Of a DNA stretch of 60,706 bases, positions 48,692 to 60,706 are shown in pieces. This DNA is from Candidatus Saccharimonadota bacterium. GTDB lineage: Bacteria; Patescibacteriota; Saccharimonadia; CAILAD01; BJGX01. The notes under the pieces were generated by a model that was not told where the DNA came from, did no database searches, and saw only the letters and a program-made list of their open reading frames with translations. The number at the start of each line of letters is the position of its first letter. Position 1 is the stretch's first letter. Location of the stretch: contig BJGX01000004.1 in NCBI GenBank assembly GCA_014191035.1, positions 1 to 60,706 of the forward strand, written 5' to 3'. Position numbers and translations under genes: made by a program.

Positions 48692-49283
48692 AAGTAGCGG
48701 AAAATCTCCAGAAACTAAAGGTATAGGTGGCAAGGAGCTTAAAAAACTCTCCCCAGAGACTCAAAAGCTGACTTCGGCAGAACGCGAGGCTTTAGAGAAA
48801 GATTTAGCAGCTCGTGGTGAAAAAGCAGAAAAAGTAATTGAAAAGCACACCAGAGAGAAAGAGCCTGTTATAAAGTCAGAAGAATCTCACCACGAAAAGT
48901 CCAAAACTGTTGGTGAAGGAGCAAGCCATAAAAGTGCTCATCGCCCTAAGCCAAAAACCGAGCGCGAAAGAAGAGCAGTTTATAACTCCGAAATAAAAAA
49001 AATTCAAAAGGACATGCCGCCCGTCCAAAGAGTGTTTTCTAAGCTCATACACACAAATTCGGTAGAAAAAATCAGCGATGCCACCCAAAAAACAATTTTT
49101 AGACCGTCGGCAATTATAGCCGGATCGGCGGTGGGTCTAACCTTGGGCATTTTGGTTTATATAATTGCAGCTATCAACAATTACAGTCTTGGCAATTTAG
49201 AGATACTATCTTTTGCAGTATTAGGCGCTCTTATTGGCCTTGTACTGGAATATATCATCAACAGAGCTAAGCATAAAAAATAG
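48678..49283 (+). CDS. Hypothetical membrane protein
   Basis: Charged N-terminus, two C-terminal TMs, GGAGG SD. Confidence 0.75.
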   Translation: MASPESSGKSPETKGIGGKELKKLSPETQKLTSAEREALEKDLAARGEKAEKVIEKHTREKEPVIKSEESHHEKSKTVGEGASHKSAHRPKPKTERERRAVYNSEIKKIQKDMPPVQRVFSKLIHTNSVEKISDATQKTIFRPSAIIAGSAVGLTLGILVYIIAAINNYSLGNLEILSFAVLGALIGLVLEYIINRAKHKK

Positions 49284-49375
49284 CCTCGGGACACCATTTT
49301 TTAATTGATTCTAATCTTATATTCACCTATAATGAATATATAAATAAGCAATACAAAAGCTTATTATTTGTTTGA

Positions 49376-51463
<2,088 letters not shown>

Positions 51464-51464
51464 A

Positions 51465-54032
51465 ATGGAAGATGAATTGAAAACACCAGAAGAATCAAAC
51501 GAAATAATTGAAGCTACCAAATTTAAGGCTGAAAAAACCGAATTTGGGCTAGTTGCACCACAAACTATTGAATCAGAAATGGAAAAGAGCTACTTGGATT
51601 ACGCGATGAGCGTTATTGTTTCTCGTGCACTCCCAGACGTTCGTGACGGCATGAAGCCTGTGCACAGGCGTATCTTGTATGCTATGCATACATTGGGTCT
51701 TCGAAGCACTGCCAAGTACCGTAAGTCGGCTACTGTAGTCGGTGAAGTTTTAGGTAAATACCACCCGCACGGCGACTCTTCAGTATACGAAGCTATGGTG
51801 CGTATGGCTCAAAACTTCAGTATGCGCTACATGCTTGTAGATGGTCAGGGTAACTTTGGTTCAATGGATGGAGACGGTGCCGCCGCTATGCGTTATACCG
51901 AAGCCAAGATGACCAAGTTTGCCGAAGAAATGCTAATCGATATCGATAAAGATACAGTCGATTTTATGCCCAACTACGATGGTTCACAAAGAGAGCCAAA
52001 AGTATTGCCAGCCAAAGTTCCGAATCTACTCTTGAATGGTGTGCAGGGTATTGCAGTTGGTATGGCAACCAACATACCAACCCACAACCTAACTGAAATT
52101 GTTGATGGTGTAATTTATATTATCGATAACCCAGAAGCAACAATTGCGGATCTTACCAAGATTGTTAAAGGCCCCGACTTCCCTACTGGAGGAATAATTT
52201 TTGATGATGGTGGAATTGCCCAGGCCTATGGAACTGGTCGTGGAAGTATAACTATGCGTGCAGTTGCCGAAATTGAAGAAGACAAAAAAGGTAAAGAGCG
52301 AATTATCATCACCGAAGTTCCTTACCAGACCAACAAAGCTAGTTTGGTAGAAAAGATCGCCGATCTTGTAAAAGACAAAAAGATAGTAGGTATTTCAGAT
52401 CTTCGAGATGAGTCAGCCAAAGAAGAGGTTCGTATTGTAATTGAGCTTAAAAAAGATGCTTATGCAAATAAGATCTTAAATCAGCTATACAAACTTACCC
52501 CAATGCAAACAGCTTTTCATGTAAATATGTTGGCATTAGTCGATGGAATTCAGCCGCGCATTTTGAATTTAGAAATGGTCCTTAGATATTATCTAGACCA
52601 CCGTAAAGTCGTAGTGCGCCGTCGTACAGAATTCGAACTACGTAAGGCCAAGGATAGAGCTCATATCTTGGAAGGCTTGCGAATTGCATTAGATCAAATC
52701 GATGCAGTAATCAGTACAATCCGTGAATCAGACACCCAGGACGAAGCTCGTAAAAACTTAATGGAGCGATTCAAGCTTACCGAAATTCAAGCCAATGCAA
52801 TCCTTGCGATGCAACTTAGAACTCTCGCAGGCCTGGAAAGAAAGAAAATAGAAGACGAATACGAAGAGCTACAAAAGCTAATAAAAGAGTTAGAAAAAAT
52901 ATTAAGTAGCGAAGCAAATATCTTAAAAGTAATTCGCGAAGAACTCGAATACATCAAGGAGAAGTATGGAGACAAGCGTCGCACCCAAATAGTTAAAAAG
53001 GCGATTGGTAACTTCAAGGATGAAGATTTAATACCCGACGAAGAAGTCGTAATAACTCTAACCAAGGGTAACTACATTAAGCGTATTGTGGCTAGCGAAT
53101 ACCGAGCTCAAGGACGCGGAGGCAAGGGAAAAATTGGTATGGCAACCAAGGAAGAAGATGTTGTCGAACATGTAGTACAGGCAAGTACACACGACACTGT
53201 ATTGTTTTTCACAACCCTAGGGCGTGTATTTAAACTCAAGGTTTATGAAATACCACCAGCCAGCCGGATAGCCAAGGGCCAATCAATTGCAAATGTTCTT
53301 AGTTTAAGCCCTGAGGAAAAAGTTACCTCACTTGTTTCTATGAAAAAAGACGACGCCTCAAAGTATCTGTTTATGACTACCAACAACGGTACCATCAAAA
53401 AGACTGCCCTATCGGACTTTGCCAATATCCGACAGAGTGGAATTGTTGCAATCAAGCTAGACTCGGGAGATAAGCTCAGTTGGGTTAAAAAGACAGCCGG
53501 CGATGAAAATATCATTATATCTACCGCAATGGCTCAAGCAATTAGGTTCAAAGAGTCCGATGCTCGACCAATGGGTCGTGCAACCCGTGGAGTTCGAGGC
53601 ATACGCTTGCGTAAAGATGACAAAGTGGTCGGTATGGATGTAGTGAGTGGTGAGGATCAATTGCTACTAGTTATCATGGAGAATGGCTATGGCAAGATTA
53701 CCAAGAGCAGTCATTTCTCTACTCATAACCGTGGCGGTGTTGGAATTAAAGCCGGAGTTGTAACTGCCAAAACTGGTAAGGCTGTTGATGTTAGAATCAT
53801 TAACTCTCGCGAGGATGATGTACTAATTATTTCAAAACAAGGGCAAGTGATTCGACTAAAACTCAGCGAGATACCTGTAATTGGTCGCTCTACCCAAGGT
53901 GTTCGTATTATGCGGATGTCCGAGGGCGACAAGATTGCCTCGATTGCCTTGCTACCTAAAATGCAAGAAGAAGCGACTGAAGTTGAGCCTAAAGAAGAAA
54001 AAGATAACGAAGAAAAGCCCAAAAAAGCATAA
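51465..54032 (+). CDS. gyrA: DNA gyrase subunit A
   Basis: [29 protein letters not shown], GyrA-box QGRGGKG. Confidence 0.98.
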   Translation: MEDELKTPEESNEIIEATKFKAEKTEFGLVAPQTIESEMEKSYLDYAMSVIVSRALPDVRDGMKPVHRRILYAMHTLGLRSTAKYRKSATVVGEVLGKYHPHGDSSVYEAMVRMAQNFSMRYMLVDGQGNFGSMDGDGAAAMRYTEAKMTKFAEEMLIDIDKDTVDFMPNYDGSQREPKVLPAKVPNLLLNGVQGIAVGMATNIPTHNLTEIVDGVIYIIDNPEATIADLTKIVKGPDFPTGGIIFDDGGIAQAYGTGRGSITMRAVAEIEEDKKGKERIIITEVPYQTNKASLVEKIADLVKDKKIVGISDLRDESAKEEVRIVIELKKDAYANKILNQLYKLTPMQTAFHVNMLALVDGIQPRILNLEMVLRYYLDHRKVVVRRRTEFELRKAKDRAHILEGLRIALDQIDAVISTIRESDTQDEARKNLMERFKLTEIQANAILAMQLRTLAGLERKKIEDEYEELQKLIKELEKILSSEANILKVIREELEYIKEKYGDKRRTQIVKKAIGNFKDEDLIPDEEVVITLTKGNYIKRIVASEYRAQGRGGKGKIGMATKEEDVVEHVVQASTHDTVLFFTTLGRVFKLKVYEIPPASRIAKGQSIANVLSLSPEEKVTSLVSMKKDDASKYLFMTTNNGTIKKTALSDFANIRQSGIVAIKLDSGDKLSWVKKTAGDENIIISTAMAQAIRFKESDARPMGRATRGVRGIRLRKDDKVVGMDVVSGEDQLLLVIMENGYGKITKSSHFSTHNRGGVGIKAGVVTAKTGKAVDVRIINSREDDVLIISKQGQVIRLKLSEIPVIGRSTQGVRIMRMSEGDKIASIALLPKMQEEATEVEPKEEKDNEEKPKKA

Positions 54033-54088
54033 GTCTTTTGCCAAGCCAATCTGAATTGTAGTATTATATAGTCAAAGAAAGGCTATAA

Positions 54089-54652
54089 ATGCTGCAATCG
54101 TTGCCAAAATTTTTAAGGCATAAACTAACTGGGGGTTTTATAAACCCGTCCTCAATTGTTGAGGGAATCGATATTAAAGAGGGGCAAAAAGTACTCGAAA
54201 TTGGCAACCCTATCGGATATTTTGCTCCTGCATTACTTAACAAGGTTGGCTACGACGGGAGAGTTTTTGTTGCTGGTCCAAATAGAGATTCGTTTGGTAA
54301 GCTTTCTCACTTATCAGAAAAAAAAGGCTTGAGGTTCGTATTACTCGCAGATCTTCTGACCGGAGATGGTGTCAGCCCAGGAGATATAGATGTAGTTTTT
54401 TTAACTAATCTTTTGTCTAGCACAGTGAATCCTGATTCATTTTGTCTGTCTATTGGTCAGTACTTAAAGTCTGATAGCGAGGTCATATTAATAGATTGGG
54501 ATGTTAAAGATAAAAATGTAGGACCCTCGATAGAGCAAAGGGTTACTAAAGAAGAGGCTCTCAAGCTTATGCACAGCTGTGGAATGCAATTTAAAAGAAT
54601 TTTAGACCTGCCTGGATACCATTACGGGTTAGTATTTAGCTTTAAGCCCTAA
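54089..54652 (+). CDS. Class I SAM-dependent methyltransferase-like protein (degenerate motif I)
   Basis: GQKVLEIGNPIGYF, DVVFLTNLL, LK....ILIDW, YHYGLVF. Confidence 0.65.
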   Translation: MLQSLPKFLRHKLTGGFINPSSIVEGIDIKEGQKVLEIGNPIGYFAPALLNKVGYDGRVFVAGPNRDSFGKLSHLSEKKGLRFVLLADLLTGDGVSPGDIDVVFLTNLLSSTVNPDSFCLSIGQYLKSDSEVILIDWDVKDKNVGPSIEQRVTKEEALKLMHSCGMQFKRILDLPGYHYGLVFSFKP

Positions 54653-54706
54653 GGCTAGACGGTGGAAGTATATAAGGTTATGATTACATTATAAGAGGGG
54701 ATAATT

Positions 54707-55546
54707 TTGATAACACCATATCTATATGTACCAATAATTGCCTGGCTTTTGGCTCAAATCATTAAGACTACCATCGAAGTTATTAAGGGTGATGCTGATG
54801 TAAAGTATTTGTATGCATCCGGAGGCATGCCTTCGGCTCACTCAGCTGTCGTTGTTTCTTTAGCTGGTTATACCTTCTATCACCAAGGCGCCAATAGCCC
54901 TCTATTTGGCGTAACGGCGATTATCGCAGGCATTGTAATGTATGACAGCTTTGGAGTTCGTCGAAGCTCAGGTGAGCAGGCTAAGACTTTAAACAAGCTT
55001 ATTGGCGAGATGGCACGGAATGGAAATCTAAGAAAGCCAGATGATTTCGAAAAGCTGCGCGAAGTGTTGGGCCATCAGCCACTCGAAGTTATTGTAGGAG
55101 CAATGCTCGGAGCATTAGTGGCAACTTTGTTTAGCCTTGATGAGCTAAGCCCAATAATCAATTGGCTTACTAGCCTACCCTCGCGCAATGAAATTTATGG
55201 CCTATTCATAATAGCTGCGTTCATTGGTATCGGTACGATAGCCTATTTCATACTTGCTCGTAAGAAACTCAAAAAGAATAAAAAAGTATACGAATTATTC
55301 AAATACATATTATTAGTAAATATAATTATTGGATTGGGTTTGGTTTTCTCTTCTGTTGTTGCTTTAGAATCAATTGCTCCATATGGTCAAAGGTGGTTAT
55401 CTGTATTTATATTAACGGCCTGGCTAATATTTATGCTAATTGCAATCTGGCGCTGGGTTAGTCTCCAGAGAGTTGAGAATTTTGAAGACGTTATTATAGA
55501 AGAGCGTAAAAAGAACTGGCTCAAAAAAGCTGGCAAAAAGAAATAG
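54707..55546 (+). CDS. Divergent PAP2 (DUF212) family protein with extra C-terminal TMs
   Basis: SGGMPSAHSA, VMYDSFGVRR..GEQA..LN, LREVLGHQPLEV. Confidence 0.88.
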   Translation: MITPYLYVPIIAWLLAQIIKTTIEVIKGDADVKYLYASGGMPSAHSAVVVSLAGYTFYHQGANSPLFGVTAIIAGIVMYDSFGVRRSSGEQAKTLNKLIGEMARNGNLRKPDDFEKLREVLGHQPLEVIVGAMLGALVATLFSLDELSPIINWLTSLPSRNEIYGLFIIAAFIGIGTIAYFILARKKLKKNKKVYELFKYILLVNIIIGLGLVFSSVVALESIAPYGQRWLSVFILTAWLIFMLIAIWRWVSLQRVENFEDVIIEERKKNWLKKAGKKK

Positions 55547-55557
55547 AGTAAACTAGC

Positions 55558-55586
55558 TTGACATAGGTGTAAATAACCTGTAAAAT
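55558..55586 (+). promoter_or_regulatory. 16S rRNA promoter
   Basis: TTGACA-17 nt-TAAAAT. Confidence 0.8.
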
Positions 55587-55787
55587 TCTATCTAGTTTTT
55601 GCTTACCATTCAAAGCGGACTATAAAATAAAACAGCAGACAGATTAGAAAGTCAGCTGATTTATTTTTCACGTTTTAGGGGCAAAGCATCTTGAGAAGTG
55701 AATAGTGCTAGAAACAACGACTCGTTAATTTCTTTTTTGGTCACATTTTTTTAAAAAAGTGACACCCCAAGATGAAAATCTTCAAAT

Positions 55788-57305
<1,518 letters not shown>

Positions 57306-57467
57306 AGGGAGTAATCGTCCAAGCAATTGGATCTGTAGACAAGAGGCTACAGTCATATATCGAAAACTGGTTTACCAGATTAGTAGAGTGAGTACTTCTA
57401 GGTCGAATCTGTCCTAGAGACAGATTGTTACTGACGAGTCGCTTCTAGCACTATTTACAGCTCAAGA

Positions 57468-57493
57468 AAAAACACCCCATATGGGGTGTTTTT
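57468..57493. terminator. Terminator-like palindrome closing the 16S transcript
   Basis: AAAAACACCCCAT/ATGGGGTGTTTTT directly after the 3' arm of the processing stem. Confidence 0.8.
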
Positions 57494-57752
57494 ATTTTTC
57501 GGTACTTAATCCGCCGAACAAATTAGAGAACGCCCCACCAAGTGGTCCGCTTAAAAATCCTAGTGCACCACTTAAAATTAGTAGTCCACCTAATATCATT
57601 ATTATTCCTATGAGCTTTATAAAGCCCCTGCTAGTGCCCGGGAATTTTCTTTCTATAAAGCTAAGATTTCCGGTGAAGTTATATATTTTTTCACCAAAGA
57701 CAACAATTAGTACCCCAACAATAATTATGATTAGTCCCCAGACAATATTCAT
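57492..57752 (-). CDS. Small hypothetical membrane protein
   Basis: Two Gly/Ile-rich TM segments. Confidence 0.7.
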   Translation of the reverse strand: MNIVWGLIIIIVGVLIVVFGEKIYNFTGNLSFIERKFPGTSRGFIKLIGIIMILGGLLILSGALGFLSGPLGGAFSNLFGGLSTEK

Positions 57753-57793
57753 ATTATGATTTTAGCATAAATAGTTTTGACAATATAATATCC

Positions 57794-57822
57794 TTGAAAT
57801 TTAAGCGTTTTCAGGTTACAAT
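57794..57822 (+). promoter_or_regulatory. Promoter of the tRNA-Ile/Ala unit
   Basis: TTGAAA-17 nt-TACAAT. Confidence 0.65.
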
Positions 57823-57844
57823 AGTGTGGTTATTTGGCCAAAAT

Positions 57845-57921
57845 GGGACCGTAGCTCAGCTGGTTAGAGCGCGTCACTGATAATGACGAGGTCGGAGGTT
57901 CGAGTCCTCCCGGTCCCACCA
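57845..57921 (+). tRNA. tRNA-Ile(GAT)
   Basis: Cloverleaf; anticodon arm CGTCA-CT-GAT-AA-TGACG; encoded CCA. Confidence 0.97.
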
Positions 57922-57924
57922 TGA

Positions 57925-57961
57925 GGGGAGCGCGCCGGCTTCGGTCGGTAGCTCTCCACCA
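57925..57961 (+). ncRNA. tRNA-Ala-like minihelix (candidate)
   Basis: GGGGAGC/GCTCTCC acceptor-type stem with G3:U70, an ACCA end and a cUUCGg-capped second stem. Confidence 0.6.
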
Positions 57962-57971
57962 TAAATATTTT

Positions 57972-58048
57972 GGGGCATTAGCTCAGTTGGCTAGAGCACC
58001 TGCTTTGCAAGCAGGGGGTCCGGGGTTCGAGTCCCCGATGCTCCACCA
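57972..58048 (+). tRNA. tRNA-Ala(TGC)
   Basis: Cloverleaf; CCTGC-TT-TGC-AA-GCAGG; G3:U70; encoded CCA. Confidence 0.97.
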
Positions 58049-58212
58049 TTCAAACAATCCGCTATTTGGCGGATTTTTTGAATGGACAGTATTGCTCGAG
58101 AACCCAACGCCCGAAAGGGTGGGGTTCGGTGGAATTGAGCCACGCACAGAAGCTTGCTTCGAGCATGGCGAAATGAAAAAGGGCTTGCCCACTGTCCCCG
58201 ATGCTCCACCAT
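58031..58212 (+). repeat. 19-bp direct repeat of the tRNA-Ala 3' end (att-like)
   Basis: GTCCCCGATGCTCCACCAT at 58031-58049 and 58194-58212. Confidence 0.9.
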
Positions 58213-58346
58213 AGAAAAAACCCACCTTCAGGTGGGCTTTTTCTATGCATGAATTTCGATAACCCCTTGCCCAGAGGGCGAGGTTCGATATAGTTGAAAA
58301 GACTTATGCTTAGTAGCATAATTAGTTTATAAAGTAAGGATTAATT

Positions 58347-58850
58347 ATGCCAACTAAAAAATCTTCTAAATCAAAATATACTGTCCTAAAAGCAATTTAT
58401 GTAGTGTTTTTAGGATTAATAATTGCCCTATTCTGTGGGCTTGGTGTTGCGGCTTTCTATCAGCAGCCCAAAGAGCCAAAGGCGCCAATAATTGGAAACC
58501 AAACTGTCGAACAAAAGCAGGGACTTGTTGTCGATCAGGCTCAGGTTAATTACGAAAACGAATTTAGAAAATATGAAGAAGAAAAACTAAAACCATATAA
58601 CCGTAATGTATCAATTATTACTCTTGCACTCTCAACACTAATTTTGGTAATAAGCTTATTGCTATCTAATAAACTACCAATTCTCTCAGACGGAATACTA
58701 CTTGGTGCGGTATTTACACTAATCTATAGTATTATTCGCGGTATCTCGGCGGGCAATCCGCGCTTTACATTCATTATTGTTTCGATCGGCTTAGTTATAA
58801 CGGTATTTATTGGCTTCTGGAAATTCCTTCGTAAGTCCAAGAAAAAATAG
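58347..58850 (+). CDS. Hypothetical 4-TM membrane protein
   Basis: AAGGA SD; hydrophobic segments around a charged loop. Confidence 0.75.
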   Translation: MPTKKSSKSKYTVLKAIYVVFLGLIIALFCGLGVAAFYQQPKEPKAPIIGNQTVEQKQGLVVDQAQVNYENEFRKYEEEKLKPYNRNVSIITLALSTLILVISLLLSNKLPILSDGILLGAVFTLIYSIIRGISAGNPRFTFIIVSIGLVITVFIGFWKFLRKSKKK

Positions 58851-58852
58851 TA

Positions 58853-59341
58853 CTAGCCCCAAATAATCATGAAGGCCATAATGGCCATAATTACGTCCTC
58901 GCCAAGGCTAACAAAGCTCATTGGTAGCTTAAAGACAGTGCCTAAACACGCACACATCAAAACCTTTTTATCTCTTATTCCGTTTAGGGCTCCAATCGAG
59001 TTTATAATCATTAGAATTAAGGTTATCCAGGCGGCCGTAATTACTTCGAAGCGCAGTAAAAACATCAGGCCCAGGCCTATTTCAATAAAGGGGTAAATAA
59101 ATCCATAAAACTTAAATTTCTTTGCGATTAAATCGTACATTCCATACGCCTCAGCAAAGGCTGGTAGTTTAATTAACTTAAACCCACCAAAAACCAAAAA
59201 GAACCCGGCCATGAAATCTAACATTAAGCTCGCCGATAAAAAGTTGCTAGTTATTGCGGCTTTAATAATTACAAAGCCAACAATTACTGCAAAAATAATT
59301 ATTAATGGAACATAGCTGCGCAACTTAAAAACATACTTCAT
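58853..59341 (-). CDS. MauE/DoxX-like membrane protein
   Basis: DFMAGFFLVFGGFKL..FAEAY..YDL..YPFIE..CACLGTVF.LPM..ED. Confidence 0.8.
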   Translation of the reverse strand: MKYVFKLRSYVPLIIIFAVIVGFVIIKAAITSNFLSASLMLDFMAGFFLVFGGFKLIKLPAFAEAYGMYDLIAKKFKFYGFIYPFIEIGLGLMFLLRFEVITAAWITLILMIINSIGALNGIRDKKVLMCACLGTVFKLPMSFVSLGEDVIMAIMAFMIIWG

Positions 59342-59388
59342 AAGCTTATTATAGCAAATACAAAAAAAGCCCCTTTCGGGGCTAGAGC

Positions 59389-59676
59389 TTAAGGAAAACG
59401 CCTGATTACATTCGGGCCTTTTCTTTTACTCTGGATAATGTGGTAGGGGCAGGTCGGGCTAAGCGTTGCACTCATTACAAGCACGCATTCAAGATCTCTT
59501 GGCAGTTCAGGGAAGGCTGCTAGGTACACCCCTTTGGCTTGGTCGGGTGTTCGTGCTTGGGCAAAGATTTTGCCGCACGGGCCCAGCAGTTCGAACACTC
59601 TCTTCGGTGGCTTTTTGCTTTTCCCTTCTTGGGCTGTGGCTTGCAGTGGGCTTGCTTGGCTTATAGTGCGTTTCAA
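59389..59676 (-). CDS. Hypothetical protein (possible TTG start)
   Basis: GGAGG SD before TTG at 59676; followed by hairpin AGCCCC-loop-GGGGCT plus T-tract (59363-59383). Confidence 0.4.
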   Translation of the reverse strand: MKRTISQASPLQATAQEGKSKKPPKRVFELLGPCGKIFAQARTPDQAKGVYLAAFPELPRDLECVLVMSATLSPTCPYHIIQSKRKGPNVIRRFP

Positions 59677-59838
59677 TGAGCCTCCAAACTCAAGAAACAG
59701 GCCTACAAACTCACTTATCCTTTCTGTAGGTGCGAATAAAAGTATTTTATACCCACTATATAATAAGTCAAATAGTAACTTGCAAAACACCTATGCATCT
59801 ATTACACTTATGGTAATCAATGCTAACTTAAAATCAAA

Positions 59839-60706
59839 ATGCCATTCAAATCAAAACTAACATCACGTACTAGATCAGGCATCAAGCCTAAATCTAAATT
59901 ATCAGCCAAACTAGTTGCTGCTGTAATTATTGGCTTAATTGCAATAACAGGAATAGTTATTGTTTTTAGAGGTTTTGCGAGCTCTCTTCCATCTTTTCAG
60001 TATTCATTTTACACATCTTGCTTATCTGATAAAAAATCAACTACCGTAAAAAGTGCTATTGGTAGCTACAACGTAACAGTACCTTGGGATACCAAATCCA
60101 ACTGCCTCAAGGACAGTGCCGAAGAACAGTCCTATAGGCTTAATCGCGCAGTCACAAACGGAAAGCCACCGAACCCACCAACTGACTATAATAAATACAA
60201 AGAGCTTGTACAGAAGATGGCAGGCGATAGAGTACCGGTGCCCGAATTGGTGCCGCAGAGTTTTTTGGATCAATTCAAAGATAAGTCCGATGCCGAATTT
60301 GTTACCCAAGTATTCAAAAACGTTCTTTATCGCACACCTGGAGACAATGGTGCTGCATGGGCTGCAGACATGAGGAAGAACGGGTGGAGCCGAAAAGATG
60401 CTGTATTTATTATCTCATCTTCCCCTGAAGCAAAAGACAAAAATGTAGCATTATTCAGCGAGTTTTTAAGAAATAATCCAAACCCAATCAATATTAATCC
60501 TGTAGCCCAAAATGCCCAAAATGTCCGTGATGAAGAAGCAAAGACGCTAGTGGAGGTTGGTATGAAAGCCGCAAACTTCAGAATTCTACAGCTAAGAGGC
60601 GAAATCAACCCTGCAGGCACCTACGCCACGGCTAAGCCCAAGCCAGCTGAAGTCTCTAGAATTATGATCGACCTTGGTAAATGCCTGGCAAGATTCACCG
60701 CTCTTC
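59839..60706 (+). CDS. Secreted/surface protein with a DUF4214-like domain, 3'-truncated by the window
   Basis: Read by hand from ATG 59839: MPFKSKL..LVAAVIIGLIAITGIVIVFRGFA.. then SDAEFVTQVFKNVLYRTPG..W......SRKDAVFIISSSPEA. Missing from the ORF track. Confidence 0.75.
   Translation, partial: MPFKSKLTSRTRSGIKPKSKLSAKLVAAVIIGLIAITGIVIVFRGFASSLPSFQYSFYTSCLSDKKSTTVKSAIGSYNVTVPWDTKSNCLKDSAEEQSYRLNRAVTNGKPPNPPTDYNKYKELVQKMAGDRVPVPELVPQSFLDQFKDKSDAEFVTQVFKNVLYRTPGDNGAAWAADMRKNGWSRKDAVFIISSSPEAKDKNVALFSEFLRNNPNPININPVAQNAQNVRDEEAKTLVEVGMKAANFRILQLRGEINPAGTYATAKPKPAEVSRIMIDLGKCLARFTAL

Noticed and set aside
57921..58319. Four overlapping ORFs over the tRNA region
   Set aside because: They overlap tRNA-Ala and GC-rich hairpins and show no protein features.

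Overview
Chromosomal segment of a low-GC, small-genome bacterium using code 11. It is very probably a Patescibacteria (CPR), Saccharimonadia-like organism; this is inferred from the 16S sequence, a PaaX/Cas2-like regulator, DUF4012 and DUF4446 proteins, a chromosomal VirD4-like ATPase and terse intergenic regions. Most genes are housekeeping: rpmB, infC-rpmI-rplT, smpB, argS, trpS, pheST, gyrBA, rmuC, comM, uppP, RNase H and class I fba. There are also envelope and glycosyltransferase genes, a 1690-aa NHL-repeat sensor kinase, and many RNA genes (6S-like, RNase P, tmRNA, a stand-alone 16S, tRNA-Pro/Ile/Ala). No CRISPR array, transposase or integrase was seen. The most unusual signals are: (1) a 37-nt minihelix with alanine identity (G3:U70, A73, CCA) between tRNA-Ile and tRNA-Ala; (2) an NlpC/P60 peptidase domain with intact Cys/His inserted inside PheT; (3) a tandem two-hairpin RNA motif with invariant complementary loops and covarying stems at ~13.6 kb; (4) a ~490-nt highly structured non-coding transcript with its own promoter and terminator, next to a DnaA-box cluster at ~36.6-37.3 kb. 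All calls were made by eye; no database searches or folding programs were run.
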